DNA of 44,509 nt. Source: a virus. A program made the position numbers and the translations under genes. Below the pieces are notes generated by a model, which was not told the DNA's origin, ran no database searches, and saw nothing but the letters and a program-made list of their open reading frames with translations. Below, piece by piece: positions 34,236 through 43,774 of this stretch. The stretch lies in UHGV virus genome UHGV-0169625; one strand, written 5' to 3'. Numbering within the stretch: position 1 is the first letter of the stretch; every line of letters begins with the position of its first letter.

Positions 34236-36781
34236 TCCTGCACTACACGCGAAACGCTGATGGCGCTTTCGACCGTACAAAACACGTCGGGATGCCGATG
34301 GAGTTTGTCGTTAACCGTATCCCGGACGGCGTGCCGGTGCGCGTCTACCTCGGCGAAATTGGTGATGATACCGACGTAACTGACGACTTCGACGCACTCA
34401 AAGACGAAGACGCCGTGTACCACATTATAGAGGGTGCTGGTAGCGGGGCGCTTGGTGCCGTTAGTAAGGTGTTTGGTTTTATCCTTAAGCCAATCGCTAA
34501 GTTGTTTGGTCTGAACATGTCCGCAAACGCCAACTATACGGCGACTAACAACCAGACAACATCACCAAATAACAGCCTCACAGACCGCTCAAACAAACCA
34601 CGCCCTTACGAGCGCTCCTATGACATCTGCGGGACCGTGCAGACGATCCCTAATGACCTGATGCGGACGTATAAGGCGTTCAACTCCACTGGTGCTTTGC
34701 TGGAATATTCGTACTATGACGCAGGGCGCGGACATCTGCATATTGAGGCTGATGGCGTCACAGAGGGCGACACCCTGATAAGCGACATCACAGGTTCCTC
34801 TGTTGCCATATATGCACCGTATACGTCACTGAACAACACCACATCGCCGCAACTACAAATCGGCGACGTCATTGACCAGAAACTCTATGTGACATACTCC
34901 AACGACGACGTTGACGGTATTGTACTGAAAGCACCAAACGACATCGGGGCCAACCCAAGCTCCGGTGGAACCGCCAAACGTATTTCGACCACCGGCTACC
35001 TATATGACCCGTCGGGTGATTCTGCTTTTTCTGAGTTTCTTAGTGTTGGTGATGTCGCAGTGTTGAGCAATTTCGACGTTAAGGACGTCACTAACCTAAA
35101 CGGCTCGTTTGAAGTTTTATACGTCGACGACTTTGAGGTTCGGTTGTACGTCGGGGATATAGGTAACTGGGGCAATCTTAATAACGGAGAGACTTACGCA
35201 CTTACAGAGCGTTCTGACACGTTTATCGCCCCGAGCAACACCTATGACGTATCTCTTACGGACTGGTATTACATGGTGCGCGGAGAGGTTGACCGGGTGC
35301 TTGCTAACGTTGCCGGGCAGAACGGCCTCTACAAATACGACGGGGGCTATAACCGCACCAGTGTAACGGTGGAACTCCAGTACCAGATGATTGACTCCCA
35401 ACGCAACCCTTTGAGCGACATTTACACGGTACAGGCTACAATTACAGGCAACAGTACGGATTACGTCGGTACGTCTATCTACGGGCAGTTGCCGACCGCG
35501 TCTCGTTTCCGCGCCCGCATGCGCCGTATAACTAATTTCGACAAGGACTACGACGGTACAGTAAGCGACGAGATAACGTTCATCAACCTGTACGGTCAGT
35601 CACTGGACACTACCCCGCATTACGGCAACCGAACTACAGTACATTGCGCCCGTAAACAGACACCACGCGCCGCCAGTATCGATAACCCTGAACTGCGCAT
35701 GATTGCTACAGAGATGTGCTATAAATACCTCGGCAATGGGGTATTCGATACAGTAATGTCGCCAAACACTCAGGCCGTGCAGTCGCTAATCAGACTGGCT
35801 CGCGACCCGGCGGTGGGCAATCTGGAACTGACAACGGCAAACATGGATAAGTTGCTTGCCGTGCAGGAAGAAATTGAGTCCTATTTTGGCAGTGAATTAG
35901 CCGGACAATTCTGCTACACGTTCGACGACTACGATACCACGATGCAGGACATAGTTCAGACCATAGCGGAAGCCGTATTCTGTACTGCGTACCGCAAAGG
36001 TGCAGATATTATGCTGCGATTCGACCGTCCGGTTGCGGGGCCTGAAATGGTGTTCACCCACCGCAGTAAGACGACCGGTACGGAGAAATGGACACGCACG
36101 TTCAATGATTCGACAACCTACGATAGCTTGTCGTTCTCGTACATCGACCCGGATACTAACGTACAGGAAACGATTTATATCCCGGAAGAACTCGGCGCAA
36201 ACACCGAGGAATACGAATCGAAGGGCGTACGTAACTATCAGCAGGCGTATTGGCTGGCGTGGCGGCGCTACCAACGCAACGCGTTAAGTAAAGTTGTCGT
36301 AGAGTTTGAAGCTACCGAAGAAGGTGCGCTCGCTACCCCAGGCGGCGTAATCAGCGTTGTTAAAGGTTCACGTATTGCGCCGCAGGATGGTTATGTTGTT
36401 GCCGTTAATGGGCTCACACTTACGCTGTCACAGCCAGTTACGTTCACACCCGGCGACGACCACTCAATCATCCTCAAGAAGCGCGATGGCTCCGTGCAGA
36501 GTATCTCGGTTATCAAAGGAAGCCACGACCGCGAGGTGATTATGCTATCCGCGCCAGAGGAAGCGATTTATACCGGGAATAGCGCACTAAAAACTGAGTT
36601 TTCATTCGGCAACGAAGCAAGGCATAATGCACAGAGGATAGTTGTCTCTTCAATAGACCCTGGTGATGACCGCACGGTTAAGATTACAGGTTACAACTAT
36701 GACGAAGGTTTCTACAAATACGACGGCGTCGCGCCTTTCGGTCGCGGTTTCTCCGACGGATTCAGCAACGGTTTTTATTAA
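34226..36781 (+). CDS. tail tip/central fibre protein (host specificity J-like)
   Basis: 851 aa, TTG start with GGAG SD overlapping upstream stop; by size and position. Confidence 0.5.
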   Translation: MAIILHYTRNADGAFDRTKHVGMPMEFVVNRIPDGVPVRVYLGEIGDDTDVTDDFDALKDEDAVYHIIEGAGSGALGAVSKVFGFILKPIAKLFGLNMSANANYTATNNQTTSPNNSLTDRSNKPRPYERSYDICGTVQTIPNDLMRTYKAFNSTGALLEYSYYDAGRGHLHIEADGVTEGDTLISDITGSSVAIYAPYTSLNNTTSPQLQIGDVIDQKLYVTYSNDDVDGIVLKAPNDIGANPSSGGTAKRISTTGYLYDPSGDSAFSEFLSVGDVAVLSNFDVKDVTNLNGSFEVLYVDDFEVRLYVGDIGNWGNLNNGETYALTERSDTFIAPSNTYDVSLTDWYYMVRGEVDRVLANVAGQNGLYKYDGGYNRTSVTVELQYQMIDSQRNPLSDIYTVQATITGNSTDYVGTSIYGQLPTASRFRARMRRITNFDKDYDGTVSDEITFINLYGQSLDTTPHYGNRTTVHCARKQTPRAASIDNPELRMIATEMCYKYLGNGVFDTVMSPNTQAVQSLIRLARDPAVGNLELTTANMDKLLAVQEEIESYFGSELAGQFCYTFDDYDTTMQDIVQTIAEAVFCTAYRKGADIMLRFDRPVAGPEMVFTHRSKTTGTEKWTRTFNDSTTYDSLSFSYIDPDTNVQETIYIPEELGANTEEYESKGVRNYQQAYWLAWRRYQRNALSKVVVEFEATEEGALATPGGVISVVKGSRIAPQDGYVVAVNGLTLTLSQPVTFTPGDDHSIILKKRDGSVQSISVIKGSHDREVIMLSAPEEAIYTGNSALKTEFSFGNEARHNAQRIVVSSIDPGDDRTVKITGYNYDEGFYKYDGVAPFGRGFSDGFSNGFY

Positions 36782-36793
36782 AGAGGATTCTAT

Positions 36794-39031
36794 ATGTCAA
36801 GCGGATGCGGTGACGTTTTAAGCCTGGCGGATTTACAAACCGCCAAGAAGCACCAGATTTTCGAAGCTGAGGTTATCACCGGTAAATCCGGCGGTGTTGC
36901 TACGGGTGCTGATATCGATTACGCGACAAATCAGGTTACTGGGCAGACACAGAAGACGTTACCTGCCGTGTTGCGTGATGCTGGTTTTTCTCCTGTATCG
37001 TGGGACTTTTCTACAGGCGGTACGTTAACAGTTAATGACCGCGACAAAGTGGTGTACGACCCTGTAAGTAAAACGTGGTACTCGTACGCGGGGACGTTAC
37101 CAGTTACAGTTCCCGCGAGTTTTAATCCTGTAGGTAACGCTAACTGGAGGCCACAGACCGATCCTAATTTACGTGGTGAGTTATCCATCATTGAAAACAT
37201 AGCTGAGCTTATGTCTAAAACGCCAAACCCAGAACTCACGTACACCGTGAAAGGCTATGCCCCAGGTACGACTTTCGGCGGGGGCATTTTCTACTGGGAC
37301 GCCACCCTCCCTAAGTCACAACACAACGGCATCACTGTATTTAGTCCAACGGTGCCATGGGACGGAACCTACACCACTCTCGCGACCTTCTTAGCTGGCA
37401 CAGGGGAAACCACCCCATCCGGCAGCGGATGCTGGGTCCGTATGCAGAACAGCCGCGACATGCTCGTTTCTTGGGGCGGCGTTGACATCACAGGGACGAA
37501 CGTTGCGGACGCCGCTGTAACCGCTGTTATTAAGTATGCTAATACGGTCAAGCGTTCTGTTAGATTTGACTCTGGTGCAAATATTAAATGGGGCTTCTCT
37601 ACCCTTGTCCAGCACTTTGACAAGTTCAATCGTAATGTGCAATGTTCTGTTGTTCTGGAGAATATCAGCGGGATTAAGGTTTACGCGGAGAATGACGTTG
37701 AGTTCAACACTGACCACCCTACTTATGCGGAGCGTGTTGTCTTTCGCCTTAAAAACTGTAGCGAAGTAGAATTCTCTGGATTCAACTTCAACTCCAATTT
37801 CACCGACTATTCGACGACGACATCGGACACTACGTACAAGCCCCAAGAATGGTGGCAGGGCTTCACGGCCGAAGGTTGTTCTAATCTAGAAATCACTAAG
37901 CATCACGTTAATGCGTGCCAAGTATTTGTAGGGGCTGATTGTACAAACTTAGCAGCAAACCTTCATAACATAGATATTCATGTTACAGATAACATGTTTA
38001 AGTATGTAACGAATTACTGCGTTATTTCCAGAAACATAAATCTGGTTGAATTCAGCCGCAACAAGGTTTCATTTAATGGGCGTAACTGGCACACATTCGG
38101 AGAGGCGTTCGCCCCTACGACAGGCTCCCTTAATATAATTGCCAAAGATAACATTTTTACTAACCAAATTGCGCAGCAGTCGTGTATTACGCCAACTCTG
38201 GGCGCTTCATCTGTAACTATTCAAGGTAATTATTGCCGTCGACATTATGGTATTTTTGTCGAACTCGGTAGTTCGAGCAATGTGTTAATTTCAGGTAACA
38301 CATCAATAAGTACTGGCGAACGTGCGGATACACCACACATTCTTATGGTTGGAGAGGTAGACGGCAACCCGGCGGGAGGTCTTTCAAACGTCAACATTAC
38401 TGCAAACTATTTTGAGGGTGGTGGTTTTGCCGTTCAAGAATACAATACCGGGTCTGCATTGCGCAGGGGTTTCAGTATAACTAACAACCATATGGTTGAC
38501 TGCAAGTTACCCGCCATAACCAACCAATCTTACATTGGCGTGACTGTTCGCGGTAACTATATGGAAGCACCCACTAACTTTCCTGATTTAGCTATCGCAG
38601 GACAGAGGCCTGTTATAGACGGTAACATGTTTGTTGGCGTTAGGGTGCGTGCAAGAGATTTAGGGTATAGCGTAATAGCTCCTAAGGTAACCAACAACGT
38701 ATGGAGAGCAAACTCCATAGGGGAATCATATCCAGCACTTATCGACTATACCGAATTCACCGCATTAGTGGCGGATGGCAACGACTCAACAGCAGCGGCG
38801 TACACGGACTTCATTGTCCACCCTTTAAATTGTAATAATGTAGGGTTCCGCAGAGTAGGCCATACTGAAGGGTTTACTGTCAGCCCTACTGCAAGATTTG
38901 GAGCCAAGCTCACTGATGCCAGAGTAGGTGATTTTGTAGCTAATTCGTCCCCTACAGCATCTGGTGCTTATGCGTGGGTATGCGTTAGCCAATCAACAAA
39001 AGCGTTCAGTTCTATCGCATTGCGCGCATAA
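36794..39031 (+). CDS. tailspike/tail fibre protein (probable beta-helix receptor-binding enzyme)
   Basis: 745 aa, last tail gene, AGAGGA SD, Asn/Gly/Thr/Val-rich repetitive C-terminal two-thirds; followed by strong terminator. Confidence 0.55.
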   Translation: MSSGCGDVLSLADLQTAKKHQIFEAEVITGKSGGVATGADIDYATNQVTGQTQKTLPAVLRDAGFSPVSWDFSTGGTLTVNDRDKVVYDPVSKTWYSYAGTLPVTVPASFNPVGNANWRPQTDPNLRGELSIIENIAELMSKTPNPELTYTVKGYAPGTTFGGGIFYWDATLPKSQHNGITVFSPTVPWDGTYTTLATFLAGTGETTPSGSGCWVRMQNSRDMLVSWGGVDITGTNVADAAVTAVIKYANTVKRSVRFDSGANIKWGFSTLVQHFDKFNRNVQCSVVLENISGIKVYAENDVEFNTDHPTYAERVVFRLKNCSEVEFSGFNFNSNFTDYSTTTSDTTYKPQEWWQGFTAEGCSNLEITKHHVNACQVFVGADCTNLAANLHNIDIHVTDNMFKYVTNYCVISRNINLVEFSRNKVSFNGRNWHTFGEAFAPTTGSLNIIAKDNIFTNQIAQQSCITPTLGASSVTIQGNYCRRHYGIFVELGSSSNVLISGNTSISTGERADTPHILMVGEVDGNPAGGLSNVNITANYFEGGGFAVQEYNTGSALRRGFSITNNHMVDCKLPAITNQSYIGVTVRGNYMEAPTNFPDLAIAGQRPVIDGNMFVGVRVRARDLGYSVIAPKVTNNVWRANSIGESYPALIDYTEFTALVADGNDSTAAAYTDFIVHPLNCNNVGFRRVGHTEGFTVSPTARFGAKLTDARVGDFVANSSPTASGAYAWVCVSQSTKAFSSIALRA

Positions 39032-39035
39032 AACT

Positions 39036-39058
39036 AAGGCCCCTAACGGGGCCTTTTT
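39036..39058. terminator. bidirectional intrinsic terminator (near-copy of 26535-26556)
   Basis: AAGGCCCCTAACGGGGCCTTTTT between convergent tailspike and replication-block genes. Confidence 0.75.
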
Positions 39059-39059
39059 C

Positions 39060-39197
39060 TTACTCTTCTGATAACTTCTCCAGTACAAACGCCAGTTGCG
39101 CATTAGCGGCATATCTTTGCTGGCGTAGGCGTAGAACCTCCTCCTCGAGTTCCTTGATACGTTTTTGCAATGCTGGAATCGGGGCTATGATGTTCAT
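39060..39197 (-). CDS. hypothetical small coiled-coil protein (45 aa)
   Basis: ATG overlaps stop of TOPRIM gene (ATGA); GAGGAAAT SD. Confidence 0.35.
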   Translation of the reverse strand: MNIIAPIPALQKRIKELEEEVLRLRQQRYAANAQLAFVLEKLSEE

Positions 39198-39709
39198 CTG
39201 GTAAATTTCCTCGCAAGATACGTTATTTCTTCTTCACAAAGTTCATCGAGGTCGTTAGATACAAATCCTCTGGTGAATGTTTTGCTGAACTTTAAGCCCG
39301 CTTTATCATTGTCACCGGCGCACACCCATTCATACGGCAAAAGTGACATTTGCTGCCGTAAGTCAGCTGGTATGTTCGACCCCAATGCGCTAACTGCATT
39401 AAACCCGCAATTCATCAAAGCAACAGCTTTAAATATGCTTTCGGTAACAAATACCACCCCGCTACTTGGCAAATACTCAAGTCCCCATAAACACGGCCTT
39501 GTTGTTCGGGTAAAGTACCGCGCATCCTTTGGGTTCTTGCAGTTCTTTTCAGCATGTGGCTTGTAATGCTGGTACCCGCGTAGCTTACCGTCAAAACCCC
39601 ACAGGTAAAACGTAGCTACTCCAGGGCCTAAGACTACACGTAAACGGTCCGCGTCAAAACCTCGTGACAGCAGATGCGCCTTAAGTAGTAACTCCTCGCC
39701 GTCCATCAT
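39194..39709 (-). CDS. TOPRIM-domain protein (primase-like)
   Basis: 171 aa; VFVTESIFKA (conserved Glu) and CAGDNDKAG (DxD) match TOPRIM motifs. Confidence 0.5.
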   Translation of the reverse strand: MMDGEELLLKAHLLSRGFDADRLRVVLGPGVATFYLWGFDGKLRGYQHYKPHAEKNCKNPKDARYFTRTTRPCLWGLEYLPSSGVVFVTESIFKAVALMNCGFNAVSALGSNIPADLRQQMSLLPYEWVCAGDNDKAGLKFSKTFTRGFVSNDLDELCEEEITYLARKFTR

Positions 39710-41049
39710 TTCTTACCTCGTCTCTTCATGTAATTAAGCAACTCTTCCTGTACCGATTTCTTCTCGTCCGTACGCGCGGCAACAACCTCATCCAGTGTGT
39801 CTTTAGCGACGATGTGATAGAGGAACACCGGGCGCTCGTGCCCCGCCTGCTTCTGGCGAACAGGGCCTATGCGCTCGACAACCTGCAAATAGTGTTCAAG
39901 GTTCCAGCCTTGTGAGATGAACGCCAGATGATGCCCGCCGTCCTGTAAATTCAAACCATGACCGGCTGACGCAGGGTGCACGCATAAAATCTCGATTTCA
40001 CCACGGTTCCATGCTTCCATCTGCTTGTTCCCCTTAGCGCCTTTGGCGAACGCCTGTGCCTGTGGGAATCGCTTAAGGATACGCTCCAGTTCGTGTTTAA
40101 ACTGATAGGCTACCAGCAACGGCTCACCCTGCAACTCCTCAACAATCGACTCGAGCGCATCCAGTTTCGTGTCGTGCACTTTCTCCCAGTCTTTGGTCGC
40201 TTCGCCATCCGGCCCTGACACATACACGGCACCGGATGCAATCTGCAAACATTTCGACGTCTTCGCCGCGGCGTTAGCCGCTTCGACTTCTCCGCTCTCC
40301 AGCTCAGCGAATAACTTCTCCTCCATATCGATGTACGCCTGACGCGCTTTCTTCGGCAGGTCGATTTCAACCGGCACAATAATCGGCGCTTCACAACCGA
40401 ACCACTCGGCAGGGTCGATGGTCAGGCTGATGTCTTTCATCTTCTGATGAATTTCATTATCTGCACCTGGTCGCGCATGATATTCACGCGCCATAGCCGA
40501 CTTACCTTTCTGTACCGAGTTAAACCAGCGGTCTGTGAATGCCGTATACGAAGAGCCGAGGCGCTCGCCAGCGTCGATAAACCAGTTCTGACCCCACAAG
40601 TCTTTGAGGCCGTTTGGTGACGGTGTGCCAGTCAGGTTGATGAAACGCTTAACCTTTCCGAACGCAACCTTGCTGAGCGCCTTTGCCCGCTTGCTACCAC
40701 CCGAACGGCTGCGGAACGATTTAAGCTTCGTGCTTTCATCGGCAACGATAACCGTAAAAGGCCAGTCGTCTTTGCCGTAGTAGTCAATTAGCCACTCGAT
40801 AACTTCGTAGTTAGTGCACACCACGTTAGCATCTGACTCCAGCCCCCCGATGGCGCCCTTCTCCGCACCACATGCATCTAACAAACCCAGACAACCGGAA
40901 TCGCCCTGTCGTGTTGGCGTTAGTTGCCAATTCGCCAGCCTAAATTTGGGTTTTTTGTCAACACCACGTTCCCATCTCACTCCCGGGCCGCGAGGGGGCG
41001 CTTCTCCGAACCAGTTGCATCTACGACACGCAGACAAGGGAATTGCCAT
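39706..41049 (-). CDS. SNF2-family helicase, C-terminal ORF (lacks Walker A)
   Basis: 447 aa; VIVADESTKLK (motif II-like), LTGTPSPNGLKDLW (motif III); N-terminal 50 codons read a diverged duplicate segment in an alternative frame. Confidence 0.6.
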   Translation of the reverse strand: MAIPLSACRRCNWFGEAPPRGPGVRWERGVDKKPKFRLANWQLTPTRQGDSGCLGLLDACGAEKGAIGGLESDANVVCTNYEVIEWLIDYYGKDDWPFTVIVADESTKLKSFRSRSGGSKRAKALSKVAFGKVKRFINLTGTPSPNGLKDLWGQNWFIDAGERLGSSYTAFTDRWFNSVQKGKSAMAREYHARPGADNEIHQKMKDISLTIDPAEWFGCEAPIIVPVEIDLPKKARQAYIDMEEKLFAELESGEVEAANAAAKTSKCLQIASGAVYVSGPDGEATKDWEKVHDTKLDALESIVEELQGEPLLVAYQFKHELERILKRFPQAQAFAKGAKGNKQMEAWNRGEIEILCVHPASAGHGLNLQDGGHHLAFISQGWNLEHYLQVVERIGPVRQKQAGHERPVFLYHIVAKDTLDEVVAARTDEKKSVQEELLNYMKRRGKK

Positions 41050-41273
41050 TTCTCTTGTTCAGCGGGCCACGTACCGGACGCAACACGTAACGGGGCAAGG
41101 ATTAACACGCGGTCCTCTTCCGTAAGCTGCCCGTTGCGGAACAGGCGGTTGAGCACCCACATAGTGGAGGAGGTTTTACCTCCCCCCATTCCGCACCAGA
41201 TATTACAGCGCGGGTGTTGCAGCATGAACGAAGTCATGAGCTTCTGGTATTCGCGCCTTTGAAACTTACTCAT
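40977..41273 (-). CDS. SNF2-family helicase, N-terminal fragment with Walker A
   Basis: 98 aa; CGMGGGKTS Walker A and LILAPLRVASGTWPAEQEKW; terminates at TGA inside a diverged duplicate segment, different frame from the C-terminal ORF. Confidence 0.5.
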   Translation of the reverse strand: MSKFQRREYQKLMTSFMLQHPRCNIWCGMGGGKTSSTMWVLNRLFRNGQLTEEDRVLILAPLRVASGTWPAEQEKWQFPCLRVVDATGSEKRPLAARE

Positions 41274-42219
41274 TTACCGCCCCCATGAATGCCTTTATAA
41301 ATTCAGCGGCTACTTGCGGGACGATGGCATTGCCATAACCGCGCAATCGTCCCACTCTGGCGGGTATCCCATTAGCCAGCGGGAATGCGCCGGGTTCAAC
41401 TGGCCTGAATTTTCCATCCCGGCATCCGAGCCAGTCAGTATCTGACCAGAAGCCGTGATGCGGATTGGTTGTGTTATTTTCAGACCCTGCTCCGTCGAGT
41501 AGTCCAGCCTGTCGAATGTTCTGTCTTTTCCGTCCTTGCGAATAACTGTCTCTCCGCTCCCTCTGTAATCGTTCGCTGTTGGGGTCGGCCATGCCAAAAG
41601 GTATTGTGCGTGCGTCGCCAGATTGCAATTCGCATTCGGTCTGTTGAAGCGTTTTTCCGCGTAGGCTTGTGGGTCTTTCGCTCTGCTGTTGTTGTCGTCC
41701 GCAACCGCTGGCGTCGGCCAGGTTGTGCGCGCCGAAGAACAGTCTGTCGCGTTTGTGCGGTGCGCCGACGCTACAAGCTGGGAGTACGGCAAACCCGACG
41801 GCGTAGTCTTCTCCTTCCAGGTGAGTTTGTAAATCGCACATCCACGATTTTGCAATTGCTGGCGCAACCTGCTCCCCAAAGAGGACTGGAGGTCGGCACT
41901 CGCTGATAAGGTCGAGGAACACAGGTGCGAGGTGTCTCTGGTCGAACTGTCCGAGTTGCTTTCCCGCCGCGCTAAACGGTTGGCAAGGCGGGCTTCCCGT
42001 CCAGAGAGGCGCATCTTCCGGAACTCCCGCAAGTCTGAGCGCGAGAGGCCAGCCGCCGATACCAGCGAAAAAATGACACTGGGTGAACCCGTCAAGGTCT
42101 TCTGGCTTAACTTCGGTAATGCTTCTTTCATCTACAACTCCAAAAGGTATGTGACCCTGTTTTATCAACTCACGCAGCCACGCGGCTGCGCCTTTATCCC
42201 ATTCATTGTAATAGTTCAT
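41266..42219 (-). CDS. DNA (cytosine-5) methyltransferase, orphan
   Basis: 317 aa; FAGIGG (motif I), PPCQPFSAAGK (motif IV PCQ), FGEQV (ENV-like), GNAIVPQVA (motif X); no adjacent restriction endonuclease. Confidence 0.8.
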   Translation of the reverse strand: MNYYNEWDKGAAAWLRELIKQGHIPFGVVDERSITEVKPEDLDGFTQCHFFAGIGGWPLALRLAGVPEDAPLWTGSPPCQPFSAAGKQLGQFDQRHLAPVFLDLISECRPPVLFGEQVAPAIAKSWMCDLQTHLEGEDYAVGFAVLPACSVGAPHKRDRLFFGAHNLADASGCGRQQQQSERPTSLRGKTLQQTECELQSGDARTIPFGMADPNSERLQRERRDSYSQGRKRQNIRQAGLLDGAGSENNTTNPHHGFWSDTDWLGCRDGKFRPVEPGAFPLANGIPARVGRLRGYGNAIVPQVAAEFIKAFMGAVNE

Positions 42220-42407
42220 TTCGCCACCAGAACTAACTCTTTACGACCGAACGCCGTAACGTTACCGGTTACATCTTCGATAACCAGTTTACCGTTTGAC
42301 TCGACGTACACCGTATCAACGGCAACAGGGTGGCGGGTCTTAACGCTGAAAATCATGTCGCCTGGTACGATGTCACGTGCTGGCTTGCGGTCATATTCGT
42401 GTTTCAT
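42216..42407 (-). CDS. hypothetical protein (63 aa)
   Basis: track ORF, AAGGAA SD, first gene downstream of promoter 42441-42469. Confidence 0.45.
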   Translation of the reverse strand: MKHEYDRKPARDIVPGDMIFSVKTRHPVAVDTVYVESNGKLVIEDVTGNVTAFGRKELVLVAK

Positions 42408-42437
42408 TTCTCAATTCCTTATATTGTTGGTGTGTGA

Positions 42438-42722
42438 TTAACTATAATAGCTCGCTATTAGGTCGTCAACCTGTTTAAACGAACCAACGACAAAAACATT
42501 TGCACCACGTTTACGCATCCGCTCATGCTCGCGTAACTGGTGCGGGTCTGGCTTCGTGTTTTCGTCTTTTTTAACCTCGACGAACCAGATGATGCCGCCG
42601 GGGAGAATTACCAGCAGGTCGGGAGCGCCGGAGCGCCCCTCGTAGGAAAGTTTACGAACGAGGCCCCCAATGGCCTCGAATCGCTCTTTTGCGTATTTCT
42701 GAATCTTGCCTTCCGGTGTCAT
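42438..42722 (-). CDS. VRR-NUC domain nuclease
   Basis: 94 aa; PDLLVILPGGIIWFVEVKK gives the PD...(D/E)xK core. Confidence 0.6.
   Translation of the reverse strand: MTPEGKIQKYAKERFEAIGGLVRKLSYEGRSGAPDLLVILPGGIIWFVEVKKDENTKPDPHQLREHERMRKRGANVFVVGSFKQVDDLIASYYS
42441..42469 (-). promoter_or_regulatory. sigma70-like promoter (leftward) with embedded palindromic operator, inside 3' end of VRR-NUC gene
   Basis: minus strand TTGACG (42469-42464), 17 nt, TATAGT (42446-42441); plus strand 42444-42461 reads ATAATAG-ctcg-CTATTAG. Confidence 0.5.
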
Positions 42723-43002
42723 CAGTCCGTTACCTTACACAAAACGGCAACACCTAAAAACACGGCTACGATTACCATAATAAGGGTAAGCATTGTCATA
42801 ATACACACCCCTCACGTTTCGTATGCTCAATCCCGCAGCGCGGACAGATTCGACAGTCTTCTTCGTAGAACCAGTAAATTTTCATTCCAGCACCCACAGA
42901 TAAATTGCGATGAGCATGCCTAATACGGCGACAGTCATGCCGTATTGACCCTCGTGACAGTAGACACCGGCGGCGAATCCCGCCAGTACCGCGATAATAA
43001 GT

Positions 43003-43698
43003 TTACTTAGCATCTCTACATTCTCCTTCAGGCCACCTATTAGGGAAAGACGGTATATGTGAAACTTCTCTCGCCGCTTTTATTCTTTTAATGGCGGGAC
43101 CTATCTCCGTAACCATTTCGATGAATGTAAACCGGTGTCCTCTGGTAAGATTACATGTCTGACAACAAGAAACGCAGTTAGATACTATGTGTCCGCTTGT
43201 GTTATCAATGCGGTCTACCCCGACTTTTGTAGTGCTTCCGCAATAATGACACGGCTGTGATATCAGTTTAATAACACTTTCCAGTGTTAAATCGCACATA
43301 AGCCCTTTCCCTGAATCCGCTCTTTTGTACCCCAACAAAAGCGCGTACGCCCGCGTCCTTTGGTCCTTATTCACCAGTTCCCTGCGTTGCTTGTTGAGAC
43401 ACTCTCGGCAATCTTTCCGGATATGAGAGCCGTTGCTTTTATTTCCTTTCCGGAAGTTTTCCTCTGTTAAGGGTTTTATCTCTCCGCACTTTCTGCATTT
43501 AACAGGCTTCCCCGTGAAAACATACCAAGGGCTTTCTCGCCGTGATTTACCTTGTAATTTAAGTTTTTCGTCATACTTTTCCTTCCTGTTGGCGTTTACA
43601 CACTCTTTACACCAGCTTTGCAGACCGAGGCGCGTTGACTTTGAAAAATACTCCGTAGTCGCGGGTTTATCTTCACCACATCTTGAACACTTTTTCAT
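43003..43698 (-). CDS. HNH homing endonuclease (free-standing)
   Basis: start trimmed to ATG 43698 (MKKCSRCGEDK, GGAG SD); C-terminal CHYCG...VDRIDN...GH...N...CN matches the HNH motif; lies directly downstream of the polymerase gene. Confidence 0.7.
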   Translation of the reverse strand: MKKCSRCGEDKPATTEYFSKSTRLGLQSWCKECVNANRKEKYDEKLKLQGKSRRESPWYVFTGKPVKCRKCGEIKPLTEENFRKGNKSNGSHIRKDCRECLNKQRRELVNKDQRTRAYALLLGYKRADSGKGLMCDLTLESVIKLISQPCHYCGSTTKVGVDRIDNTSGHIVSNCVSCCQTCNLTRGHRFTFIEMVTEIGPAIKRIKAAREVSHIPSFPNRWPEGECRDAK

Positions 43699-43708
43699 TA
43701 GTAACTCC

Positions 43709-43741
43709 AAAAAAAATACCGACATAGTCATTATATCGGTA
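43709..43741 (-). terminator. terminator-like hairpin between polymerase stop and HNH gene
   Basis: minus strand stem TACCGA/TCGGTA, 13-nt loop containing TATAAT, then eight U. Confidence 0.45.
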
Positions 43742-43774
43742 TTTACATTTTCTACAGCGTATTTCCTAAATCTA

